This document shows positions 37,293-46,068 of a DNA stretch of 64,000 bases, in pieces. Source of the stretch: Deltaproteobacteria bacterium (GTDB lineage: Bacteria; Desulfobacterota; Desulfobulbia; Desulfobulbales; SURF-16); assembly GCA_024277655.1 (NCBI GenBank), contig JAJRUT010000077.1:3867-67866 (forward strand), written 5' to 3'. Positions within the stretch are counted from its first letter, which is position 1. The number at the start of each line of letters is the position of its first letter. A model generated the notes under the pieces. It was not told the DNA's origin. It searched no databases and saw only the letters and a program-made list of their open reading frames with translations. Position numbers and translations under genes: made by a program.

Positions 37293-39425
37293 ATGACTGA
37301 GTCGTATAAAATAGCCATTACAGGTATGGGTATCATTACTCCGGCAGGGTGCGGAGTTGCCCCCTTTGCCAAAGCTCTTTTTGCCGGAGACCATCAATTT
37401 TCCCCAATCCGGGGTTTTGCTGCCAATCTCCACCGTACCCAAGTTGGCGCTGAAATTACCCGTTGCGACTATTCTGCCAATCGTCTTGATATGTCTACTT
37501 TGGCAAGGACAGATCTCTTCGCTCTTGAGGCTGCCAGTCAGGCCTTGACTGATGCCGGTCTTCTCGATGCTGACAGGTTATGTCTTGCCCCGCATATGGG
37601 AGTTGTCTGTGGCACGGCGGGTGGTGCTATTTCTGGTCTTGAAACCTTTTTTTCTAATAGGTTTCACGGCAGGTCATGTGAGGCAAAATCACTGTTAAAC
37701 TCATTTTGCCTGTCGGCTCTTGCCACTAATATTGCCAGGGAGTTTCAGATTGAAGGCCCCAGAACCACCCTTGCCACCGTTTGTTCTTCAAGTGGCCTGG
37801 CGTTGGCTAGGGGTTTTGAGATGCTCCTAACCGATAAGACGGTGGATCATGTTCTGGTGGTCGCCGCCGAGAGTCTGTCGGAGGTAACCCATGGCGGGTT
37901 TAACGCCCTGCGCTCCGTTGCCCCTGAACTATGCCAACCCTTTGATGTGAACAGAAAGGGCTTGATCCTTGGTGAGGCAGGGTGTGCGTTGGTCTTAAGC
38001 CGTGTTGGCCCATCTAAATATGGTTATCTGGCAGGCTATGGACTCACCACCGATCTTTATCATTTTACCGCCCCTGATCCGCAGGGTGGAGCCATTGCCA
38101 CTGCCATCAGCAAGGGGTTATCCCATGCGGGAATTACGGCTTTAGATGTTGATTATATTAATTGCCATGGTACAGCGACGCCAAAGAATGATGCGGCTGA
38201 AGCCAGGGGCATAGGTGCTGTGTTTAAAGACCGGCGTATTCCGGTTTCTTCGACAAAATCCATGTTTGGTCATACCCTTGGGGCGGCAAGTTTGCTTGAA
38301 GCCATTGCCACACTCCTCGGTATGGCAAAGGAGTTGCTACCTCCTTCCGCGAATCTTGATACCCCTGATGATTTTGAGTTGGATGTTGTTACCAGGGCAA
38401 GACCATGTAAGATAAAAGCGGCCCTATCTAACTCCTTTGCCTTTGGCGGTTCCGATATCTCCCTCGTCTTGACCACGGATCATTCACCAAGGCATAGCTT
38501 TCGGGAGCCAATAACAGAGGCGGTGATCACCGGTATTGGTGTTGTCTCGCCGCTCGGGATTGGCTGTGATACTTTTAAGACCAATGTTGCAGGTGGGGAG
38601 TCTGGTCTGCAGTCCATGGCTCTGTTTGGTTCTGAGTTTACGATGCCGGGTGGTTTGGTTGATATGACCGAGGTGCGGAGCCATATCCCCTTGAAGCGCC
38701 GACGCAGGTTGAATCGCCTTGGCAGTTTTCTCAGCGTTGCCGTGGCTGAGGCCTTAAGTCAGGCGGGTCTTGTTGATGATGTCTCAGGTCTGGCCATGGT
38801 ATATGGGTCGGCCTTTGGTTGTTCGTCCAATGTTCATCAGTTTTACTCGAAAATACTAGAGGGTGGGGCTGCCACCGCTTCCCCCCAGGAATTTATGTTT
38901 TCCGTAACCAATGCCCCGGTTGCCCTTGTGGCCCAGCACCTGCAAATTCCCGGTGAGGTGTGGGTGCTGGTGCAAGATGAGGTCTCCTTTGAGGCAGCTC
39001 TCCATTATGGTGCCATGCTCATTGAAACCGGTAAGGAACAACGGGTGATTGTCGCTGCCGCCGATGAGCTTAGTGACTCAATCCTGGCCATTCATCAGGG
39101 CCTTGGCTTTTTTGCTGGAGATTATGTGCTGGGTGAGGGGTGTGTGGCTCTGGTTCTTGAAAATAGGTATATGGCAGTTGGGCGGCAAGCGCAAATTATA
39201 GGGAAAATCAAACTATGCGAAATGAGTCAGGATCCAAGCTGTGGGCCGGTTGATTTTAGTATGCATGGCCTGGTAGGCAATGACTTTCATTCCCGTATCG
39301 GTCAGTCCGGTGTGGTGGGTGGTTTAACCCTTGTGGCCGATATCCTTGCTGGCAACCACAATGACATTAAGGTCGTCACTCGTAGTCGTGGCGGTATCAA
39401 TGCTACAACCATGGTGTCACGGTAG
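37293..39425 (+). CDS. Fused beta-ketoacyl synthase + KS-like (CLF-like) didomain protein
   Basis: 710 aa. The N-terminal half has ATVCSSS, CHGTATPKND and GHTLGAAS. The C-terminal half (from about aa 410, AVITGIGVVSPLG) is thiolase-like with RRRRLNRLGS but lacks the His motifs. Confidence 0.8.
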   Translation: MTESYKIAITGMGIITPAGCGVAPFAKALFAGDHQFSPIRGFAANLHRTQVGAEITRCDYSANRLDMSTLARTDLFALEAASQALTDAGLLDADRLCLAPHMGVVCGTAGGAISGLETFFSNRFHGRSCEAKSLLNSFCLSALATNIAREFQIEGPRTTLATVCSSSGLALARGFEMLLTDKTVDHVLVVAAESLSEVTHGGFNALRSVAPELCQPFDVNRKGLILGEAGCALVLSRVGPSKYGYLAGYGLTTDLYHFTAPDPQGGAIATAISKGLSHAGITALDVDYINCHGTATPKNDAAEARGIGAVFKDRRIPVSSTKSMFGHTLGAASLLEAIATLLGMAKELLPPSANLDTPDDFELDVVTRARPCKIKAALSNSFAFGGSDISLVLTTDHSPRHSFREPITEAVITGIGVVSPLGIGCDTFKTNVAGGESGLQSMALFGSEFTMPGGLVDMTEVRSHIPLKRRRRLNRLGSFLSVAVAEALSQAGLVDDVSGLAMVYGSAFGCSSNVHQFYSKILEGGAATASPQEFMFSVTNAPVALVAQHLQIPGEVWVLVQDEVSFEAALHYGAMLIETGKEQRVIVAAADELSDSILAIHQGLGFFAGDYVLGEGCVALVLENRYMAVGRQAQIIGKIKLCEMSQDPSCGPVDFSMHGLVGNDFHSRIGQSGVVGGLTLVADILAGNHNDIKVVTRSRGGINATTMVSR

Positions 39426-39427
39426 TT

Positions 39428-40903
39428 ATGGCTGATTTTGACGCTGTTGTTATCGGTTCAGGCCTTGGCGGACTTACCACTGCCGCATTGCTTGTAAAGC
39501 AGGGGCTAAAGGTATGTCTGCTCGAAAAGAATAACAGGCTTGGCGGTTATGCGGTTAATTACACGGCTCGTGGTCATCGCTTTGATGTGGCGACCCAGGC
39601 CCTTGGGGGGTGTGGTGAGGGCGGGATTGTCTCGGCCCTTCTTAGAGACCTTGGTCTTTATAATAAGCTTACCTTTCTTCCCTGTGAACCGGCGCGAATC
39701 TATCATTTCCCCGACTCACCAGCCCCCTTTATTCAGCATGGGTTCCTCAAGGAGCAACGGAACCTGCTATGTTCACTCTACCCCGATCAGCGGCTGGCGA
39801 TAGAAACCTGTTTTGAGGTTTTTACCACGCTCTTTGCTGAGTTGCAGGACATTGCTGTGGCTGATACCAGCCCGTTGTTTGGTTTTAGTAAAAAATACCC
39901 GGCCCTTGCCCGCTATGGACGGCTGACGGTTAAGGAATTTTTTGACTCGTTACACCTCCCTGAGAAATTACAGATAAGAATTGGTGCCAGGTCTGGTTAT
40001 TGTATGCTCCCCCTGTCTGATTTGTCACTGGTGGCTTTTGCCTGTACTGAAATGAGTTACGGGGGCGGGGCATGGATGGTGCGGGGTGGCGTGGGGCAAC
40101 TGGTTACGGTGCTTGGCGATTATCTTCGTGAAGACAGGGTTGAGATTTACAGGAAAAGCAGGGTGGAGAGACTTTTATTTGCCGGTGACAAGGTTGTTGG
40201 CGTAGAGACACGGCAGGGCAAAAAAATCACCGGCAAAGCGGTTGTCATGGCTGTGGATGGCTCGGGAATTTTGGCGCAATCAGAGGAACCCTGTGCGCCA
40301 CTTCTGGCAAAATATAAAAAAATGGCATGCACTGGTTCCTATCTTGTCAGTTATTACCAGGTTCCGCTGGATTGTGTCGAGAATATGCAGGCCAATATTG
40401 AAGTCAGGCTTCCCAGGCAAATCATTGCCGAGACAACAAAAATAGATGTATATTACCTCCTTATTCCGTCCTTGGTTGATAAGGATTCAGCACCGGAGGG
40501 TAAGCATTCATTTTGTGTTTCAGTGCCCCTTCGGGCGGGTGTTATGCCGGATCATCATGAGCGTCTTGCCATTCGCATGCGCCTTGAGCAACTGGTGGTG
40601 GAGTTATATCCCCGGTTGGCAGGTAAGTTAAGTTTTTTGTTTACACTTGGGCCAGATCACTTTAAGTCCATGACAGGTAACAGTAATGGCGCGGCCTACG
40701 GTTTCTCTCAGACCGTTAGTCAATCCGGGATCTACCGTTTAGGCAATAATCCCAGGATTGCTGGACTTTATCTGGCCGGACACTGGACCATGCCCGGTGG
40801 TGGGATTGCCGGGGTGATGACCTCTGGGAAATTATGCGCGCGAGCTGTGATTAATGATGTTTGTCACCTTGAAAAGTTAACCTCTAAAAGCATGCCATCC
40901 TAA
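39428..40903 (+). CDS. FAD-dependent oxidoreductase, phytoene desaturase (CrtI)/amine oxidase-like
   Basis: VVIGSGLGGLTTAALLVKQGLKVCLLEKNNRLGG. C-terminal LAGHWTMPGGGIAGV. Paralog of 3119-4597. Confidence 0.75.
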   Translation: MADFDAVVIGSGLGGLTTAALLVKQGLKVCLLEKNNRLGGYAVNYTARGHRFDVATQALGGCGEGGIVSALLRDLGLYNKLTFLPCEPARIYHFPDSPAPFIQHGFLKEQRNLLCSLYPDQRLAIETCFEVFTTLFAELQDIAVADTSPLFGFSKKYPALARYGRLTVKEFFDSLHLPEKLQIRIGARSGYCMLPLSDLSLVAFACTEMSYGGGAWMVRGGVGQLVTVLGDYLREDRVEIYRKSRVERLLFAGDKVVGVETRQGKKITGKAVVMAVDGSGILAQSEEPCAPLLAKYKKMACTGSYLVSYYQVPLDCVENMQANIEVRLPRQIIAETTKIDVYYLLIPSLVDKDSAPEGKHSFCVSVPLRAGVMPDHHERLAIRMRLEQLVVELYPRLAGKLSFLFTLGPDHFKSMTGNSNGAAYGFSQTVSQSGIYRLGNNPRIAGLYLAGHWTMPGGGIAGVMTSGKLCARAVINDVCHLEKLTSKSMPS

Positions 40904-40908
40904 CAATT

Positions 40909-42447
40909 ATGACAAAATCAAAAACAAAATTTCTTCTGGTTGATCCCCCCCATCGTATCTGGGATATCTTAAAGGCGTGGATTCCGTCCCCCGGTTGTCT
41001 GCAACTTGCCGCCTATTTAGAGGATTATTTCAGCATAGATTTCATGGACTGCACCCTTAATAAAAGTCCATGGCATGATCTTGAAAAGAAACTTCGCGCT
41101 GATCGGCCTGATGTTGTGGGTATTTCCATTGGTTGTACCTATTTTACCTATGATGGTTATAACGCCGCTTCACTAGTGCGTGATATCCTGCCTGATGCCG
41201 TGATTATTGTTGGTGGGGCGCATCCTACCCTAAATGCTGATGAGTGTTTTGCTGATTGTCCTGAGATTGACTTTATCTGCATGGGGGAGGGGGAGTACAC
41301 CACCCGGGAGTTTCTTGAGAATTTTGCTAAGGGCAACCCTGACTACTCGCATATCAAGGGTCTTGCCTACAAAGATGAACAGGGCAATCTTGTTATTAAC
41401 GAAAAACGGCCCCTAATTGAAGATCTTGACTCCCTGCCCATCCCGGCCTACCACCTGGTTGATATGGAACATCCTTATATTGGTCTGCCCTCTGAGGGTA
41501 AGCGGGCGTTCTTGGTGAACTTTGCCAGGGGCTGCGGTTTCCGCTGTAAATTTTGTTCAGAATCTGTTTTTTGGGAGCGGAAATGGCGGGGGCGTTGTCC
41601 TGAGCTGATTGGTGATGAGCTTGAACTCTTGAAAAAGACCTATAATCGCGACACCTTCTATGTCGGGGATAACATCTTTAACTTTACCCGTGAACGCTCC
41701 AAAGGGTTTATCAGCGAGATGAAGAAGCGCGACTTAAAGCAGAATTTCTGGTTGCAGTCCCGGGCCGATATTGTCGTGCGGGATGCTGATCTTATGGCCG
41801 GCTTTAAGGAGGCAGGGGTTTATCAGTTTATGATTGGCGTGGAGTACTCTAGTCAGGAGGTTCTAAATACCCTGGATAAGGATATCTCCATGCAGACGGT
41901 TGAAAAGGCCATGCAGATCCTCCAGAAGCATCAGTTTATGATTATGGCAACACTCATGATTGGTCACTGGGACGAGACAGATGAGGATCGCCAGAAGCTG
42001 TTTGATTTTTGTACCAAATATGTCAATCATTTTGGCCTCAATGTCGTGACACCACTGCCTGGGACGGAGTTTCACACCGAGATGAAGGCCCTGGGGCGGG
42101 TGGAAAACGTTGATTACCGTAAATTCGATTATATTCAGGCCATCATGCCCACAAAGGAGATTGATGATCTTGATAAAATCACCGAACTGCACCTTGGCAT
42201 GATCCGCAAATTCTATTGGCGACCCATTGAGCTGTGGCGCACGTTCTTTTCAAAGAATAAAATCCTCCGCCATCACCACCGCTACTTTATGAAGTACGGT
42301 TTTGAAGTGGCCCAGCACGAGATTTTTGGCAAACCACTCTGGGTGCAGGAAAACTTCCAGACCTTTGAATCCTTCCTGCGTGAGCGCGGAGTGCCTATTA
42401 ATGGTAGTTTTGCCGGGTATGAGCCGGATGAGAGTGTGGAAATTTAA
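40909..42447 (+). CDS. B12-binding domain radical SAM protein (512 aa; paralog of 673-2136)
   Basis: ARGCGFRCKFCSE. FLLVDPPHRIW...SPG...VVGISIG...IVGGAHPT. Its C-terminal region aligns with that of 673-2136. Confidence 0.85.
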   Translation: MTKSKTKFLLVDPPHRIWDILKAWIPSPGCLQLAAYLEDYFSIDFMDCTLNKSPWHDLEKKLRADRPDVVGISIGCTYFTYDGYNAASLVRDILPDAVIIVGGAHPTLNADECFADCPEIDFICMGEGEYTTREFLENFAKGNPDYSHIKGLAYKDEQGNLVINEKRPLIEDLDSLPIPAYHLVDMEHPYIGLPSEGKRAFLVNFARGCGFRCKFCSESVFWERKWRGRCPELIGDELELLKKTYNRDTFYVGDNIFNFTRERSKGFISEMKKRDLKQNFWLQSRADIVVRDADLMAGFKEAGVYQFMIGVEYSSQEVLNTLDKDISMQTVEKAMQILQKHQFMIMATLMIGHWDETDEDRQKLFDFCTKYVNHFGLNVVTPLPGTEFHTEMKALGRVENVDYRKFDYIQAIMPTKEIDDLDKITELHLGMIRKFYWRPIELWRTFFSKNKILRHHHRYFMKYGFEVAQHEIFGKPLWVQENFQTFESFLRERGVPINGSFAGYEPDESVEI

Positions 42448-42472
42448 GGGGAACAGGGCGCGACTGCGGCGT

Positions 42473-42853
42473 TTATGCCCTTGATTCACATAACTGCCCA
42501 TACACCCGCTTCCACTCTTGCACGGCAATGAGTGTCTGGCCCCGGCGGAGAAAAACCCTTAGCTCGCAGGCCACCATGGCGGGTTGCCCTTTATCATTAT
42601 GGTAATCCACCTGGATCACGTAAAAGATGGATGAGTAGGTCTTCTTTTGAAAGGCGCGAAGGTTTGTAATCTGTGCCAGGGGGATGTTGAGGTTGATGGC
42701 GGCTGTCTTTTTAGTTGCCGGGATTTTGAGGGCAAATCCTGCCGGTGACAGGGTGGCTTTACCTAGTTGTTGGCGTTCGGGTAAACCAAGGGTCGAGGCG
42801 TGGAAAATTATTTTTGCGCAGATTGTGTTTTCAGGTTTTGAGAATAGGCCCAT
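42473..42853 (-). CDS. Hypothetical protein (126 aa)
   Basis: Clean ORF with no motif I recognise. Divergent from the rSAM gene at 43025. Confidence 0.35.
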   Translation of the reverse strand: MGLFSKPENTICAKIIFHASTLGLPERQQLGKATLSPAGFALKIPATKKTAAINLNIPLAQITNLRAFQKKTYSSIFYVIQVDYHNDKGQPAMVACELRVFLRRGQTLIAVQEWKRVYGQLCESRA

Positions 42854-42880
42854 ATTTAACCTTTTAGTTTATAAAAAAGC

Positions 42881-43007
42881 AGTAGTGTCCGGTTTAACTC
42901 TTGCGCCGGATAAATATAGTGTTTGCCTGCGCTTATGAAAGACGCTTCAATAAACACTATATTCATCCGGCGTTTATGCTCTCGCAATTTTCTAACCGGA
43001 CACTACT
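42881..43007. repeat. Nested inverted repeat (127 nt) in a divergent intergenic region
   Basis: Outer arms AGTAGTGTCCGGTT (42881-42894) / AACCGGACACTACT (42994-43007). Inner arms GCCGGATAAATATAGTGTTT (42904-42923) / AAACACTATATTCATCCGGC (42952-42971; one mismatch). Flanked by A runs. Confidence 0.8.
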
Positions 43008-43024
43008 GATAAAAAAAGTAAAAA

Positions 43025-44413
43025 ATGCAAAGAAACAAAAAGAAAATACTCTTTATTTCACCAGCCAGAAACAGGGGGCCGGATGAAGACTTCATCTTCA
43101 AACTCAGCTTTCTTAATCTCCCCTATCTTGCCGGGGTTACACCGGATCATTATGACGTTGAGATTATAGACGAAGAACGCAATGTTATCAACTTTGATGA
43201 TGATGTCTGGCTTGTGGCGTTAACGGCTCAAACCCCGATTGCCCCTAGAGCCTATGAGGTTGCGGGTGAATTTCGCAGGCGGGGGGTGACGGTTATTATG
43301 GGCGGGGTGCATGCCTCGACCTTGCCAGATGAGGCGCTTTGCCATGTGGATTCGGTTATTATTGGTGAGGGTGAATTTGTCTGGCGCCAGATTCTTGATG
43401 ACCTGGAGGCCGACAGTCTGCAAGAACGTTACTCCAGCGGCACCACCCATTCCCTGGCTGGTCTGGACTGGCCCCGGCGTGATCTGTTGAATCCAAAACA
43501 TTACATTCCTCTGACCCTGATGGAGACCACACGGGGTTGTCCCCATCACTGTGATTTCTGTGGGGTGTCCAAGTTCTTTGGTCATAAATATCGTAAACGC
43601 CCCCTGTCTGAGGTGAAGGCGGAACTTGAATCATTGTTTGGTGGTGGCTTTCGCCATGCTTTCTCCCGTTTTCTGGCCAAAATGGGGCTGGATATGCCCT
43701 ATTTTATCGAACGCCGGCTTATTTATTTCATTGATTCAAATTTTGCCGCCGATAAAAAATATGCCGTCAGCATCATGGAGGAGCTTAAAAAACTCGATGT
43801 GAAATGGTGGTGTCACGCCACGGTGGATATTGCCAGTGATCCCGATTTTCTTACGAAGATGAATGAATCAGGGTGCTTGGCGGTTAATGTCGGTTTTGAA
43901 TCTCTGTCGCCAGAAAATTTAAAATCCATGCATAAATCCTATGCCGCAAAGCACGATTATCCCAAGGCTATAAAGGCCTTTCACGATCATAATATCGGTG
44001 TGATGGGCACCTTTGTGGTGGGGTTTGATGGGGAGGACGCGTCAATCTTTCGCCGGGTCTTTGATTTTTCCATTGATAATCAGCTTGACTGGTCACTTAC
44101 CTTTATCAGAACCCCGTATCCCGGTACCACTATGTATAACAAGATGGAGGAGGAGGGGCGGATTACGGTGCGGGACTGGGAGAAGTATGACACCCTCCAC
44201 TGTGTGTTTGAGCCTGAGGGTATGTCGGTACTGGAGCTTGAAGATGGCTTGAAATCGTTATGGAAATACACCTTTTCCATGAGTTCAATCTATCGCCGGA
44301 TCATTAAGGGGCCACGGGTACATCCGTTGTTTTATCTAGGGATGAATATGCAGTTCTTGCAGATGGTCAGGAAGTGGCGGGTCAAGTATGATCCCTTCGT
44401 GGACAAAGGGTGA
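43025..44413 (+). CDS. B12-binding domain radical SAM protein (about 462-aa TTRGCP subtype)
   Basis: TTRGCPHHCDFCGV. LVALTAQT...IMGGVHAS. GFESL. Confidence 0.85.
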   Translation: MQRNKKKILFISPARNRGPDEDFIFKLSFLNLPYLAGVTPDHYDVEIIDEERNVINFDDDVWLVALTAQTPIAPRAYEVAGEFRRRGVTVIMGGVHASTLPDEALCHVDSVIIGEGEFVWRQILDDLEADSLQERYSSGTTHSLAGLDWPRRDLLNPKHYIPLTLMETTRGCPHHCDFCGVSKFFGHKYRKRPLSEVKAELESLFGGGFRHAFSRFLAKMGLDMPYFIERRLIYFIDSNFAADKKYAVSIMEELKKLDVKWWCHATVDIASDPDFLTKMNESGCLAVNVGFESLSPENLKSMHKSYAAKHDYPKAIKAFHDHNIGVMGTFVVGFDGEDASIFRRVFDFSIDNQLDWSLTFIRTPYPGTTMYNKMEEEGRITVRDWEKYDTLHCVFEPEGMSVLELEDGLKSLWKYTFSMSSIYRRIIKGPRVHPLFYLGMNMQFLQMVRKWRVKYDPFVDKG

Positions 44414-45578
44414 TGGCCCGTTGTTCAAGTAGAGCTGTAATCTGGGCGTAGATATTCTTATGCGTTTTCTTTAACTTGCCAATGGCAGTTCTGCCGTCAA
44501 GCTGAGGCCAGAGGGCAGGATCAGCCCCTGGCGGCCAGTGATCCAAAAGATGTACCGGGATATCCTCGTCCTGTAATTGGTAGTCGTCTGTGGTGTCAGC
44601 CCCTACCGAGTCATCACCGTAGTAGGCAAAGAGCGGTGCGGGGCTGCCATATTTAAACTCGTGGGCGTATCTGTAGGCCGAAAGACCGGCCTTTGTTCCT
44701 TCACCCAGGGCAACCACCGCCGAAAATGGTGGGCCGCCACAATCCCCGGCAATATATAACCCCTGATGATTCTGTTCTTGCAGATAACCGTTGGCTCTAG
44801 CCACTAGCCCTTGTGGCAGGGCGGGACGCTTGAGTTCCAGTGAGTTAAATTCAATGACGATACGGTCGGTTTCCAGACTGACAACTCCCTTCTCAGTTTG
44901 GATGTTTACCCTCATTTCTTTCGCATTTCTGTCAATATGATCCAGCGTTCCCCATATAGTATTTTCGTTACTTTGCTGTGTTTTTCCGTCAATAAGCAGG
45001 GTCGCCCCTGGGTTAATTTCAAGAATCATTTCTCTTAGTTGCAGGAGATGCACACCGCCAAGGATCAGCGGTTTTTTACTTGCGCTAAGCTCTTTTTTTA
45101 AGATGGCCCCGATATTGGCCCGGTTACCAAATGTTGCCGTGACGCCCTTTTGCCAGAACGAATGTATATTTCGTAAATCCAGCATTCCACAGGCCATAAT
45201 GACACTGATACTGCTAATGGTTGTGCCATCGGCAAGGGTTGTTATGAAGAGGGATTCTTTTTTGGCAACGGAGACAACCGTCTGGGTGATAATGGGGGCA
45301 GGGTAGGTTGCAAGATCCTTTTTGAGGCGTGCAACCAGTTCTCCGGCCGGAAATGCCAGGGATGGGCCGGTGAGAATAGAGTTACCAAGTTTTGCCAGCC
45401 CCCCCAAAGGGCCTGAGTTGACCAGAACCACCGAGAGTGGAATTGGATTCATGGTTTTCAGCCAGCGCAGTCGGGTTAAGGCCGCAAGACCAGCCGGGCC
45501 ACCGCCAACCACTAATACATCCACATCCCATGGTTGGCTCCCTGACCAGGGAAAAGTGTTTGTTGTGGGTTTAGCCAT
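44382..45578 (-). CDS. FAD/NAD(P)-binding oxidoreductase (thioredoxin-reductase-like fold) with C-terminal extension
   Basis: VLVVGGGPAGLAAL dinucleotide motif, later GLYIAGDCGG. No CxxC redox pair noticed. Confidence 0.55.
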   Translation of the reverse strand: MAKPTTNTFPWSGSQPWDVDVLVVGGGPAGLAALTRLRWLKTMNPIPLSVVLVNSGPLGGLAKLGNSILTGPSLAFPAGELVARLKKDLATYPAPIITQTVVSVAKKESLFITTLADGTTISSISVIMACGMLDLRNIHSFWQKGVTATFGNRANIGAILKKELSASKKPLILGGVHLLQLREMILEINPGATLLIDGKTQQSNENTIWGTLDHIDRNAKEMRVNIQTEKGVVSLETDRIVIEFNSLELKRPALPQGLVARANGYLQEQNHQGLYIAGDCGGPPFSAVVALGEGTKAGLSAYRYAHEFKYGSPAPLFAYYGDDSVGADTTDDYQLQDEDIPVHLLDHWPPGADPALWPQLDGRTAIGKLKKTHKNIYAQITALLEQRAITLCPRRDHT

Positions 45579-46068
45579 GGTGGTTAACCTGAAACAGGTT
45601 GTCGATGGAGTTTAATAAACCACCCTGACTGATGATTTTCCGGGCGAAGGGGGAGGGCGGGGCAAGTTCAATATGCTGGCCCTCTTGAGCGCTTATTGTC
45701 TGGTTCTCTTCGTCATAGATAATGGTAACCTTTGAGCCTTCTTGCCAGGGTATTCGGGAGGTAATGGTGGCGATGGGGATACCGAGATTTACCATATTTC
45801 GGTAAAAAATACGGGCAAAGGAGAGGGCGCAGACAAGTTTTATTTTGCGATCGGCAAAGACCCTGGCCGTGACCTCCCTGGATGAACCACAGCCAAGATT
45901 ATGGCCCGCTATGATCACGGAACCTGGCTCAATGGTCTTGGCCCACTCAGGGTTATAACCATGCAGCAGACCCTGTTTACGGATATTTTTATCTAGGCTA
46001 AAGAAATTTGGCGGATGGATGAGATCGGTGGAAATATTCTCTCCCACCACGTAGGCAAAACGGTTCAT
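45571..46068 (-). CDS. Aconitase-family small subunit (LeuD / homoaconitase small subunit-like)
   Basis: 165 aa. GHNLGCGSSRE matches the LeuD G-x-NFGCGSSRE motif. Confidence 0.8.
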   Translation of the reverse strand: MNRFAYVVGENISTDLIHPPNFFSLDKNIRKQGLLHGYNPEWAKTIEPGSVIIAGHNLGCGSSREVTARVFADRKIKLVCALSFARIFYRNMVNLGIPIATITSRIPWQEGSKVTIIYDEENQTISAQEGQHIELAPPSPFARKIISQGGLLNSIDNLFQVNHHG

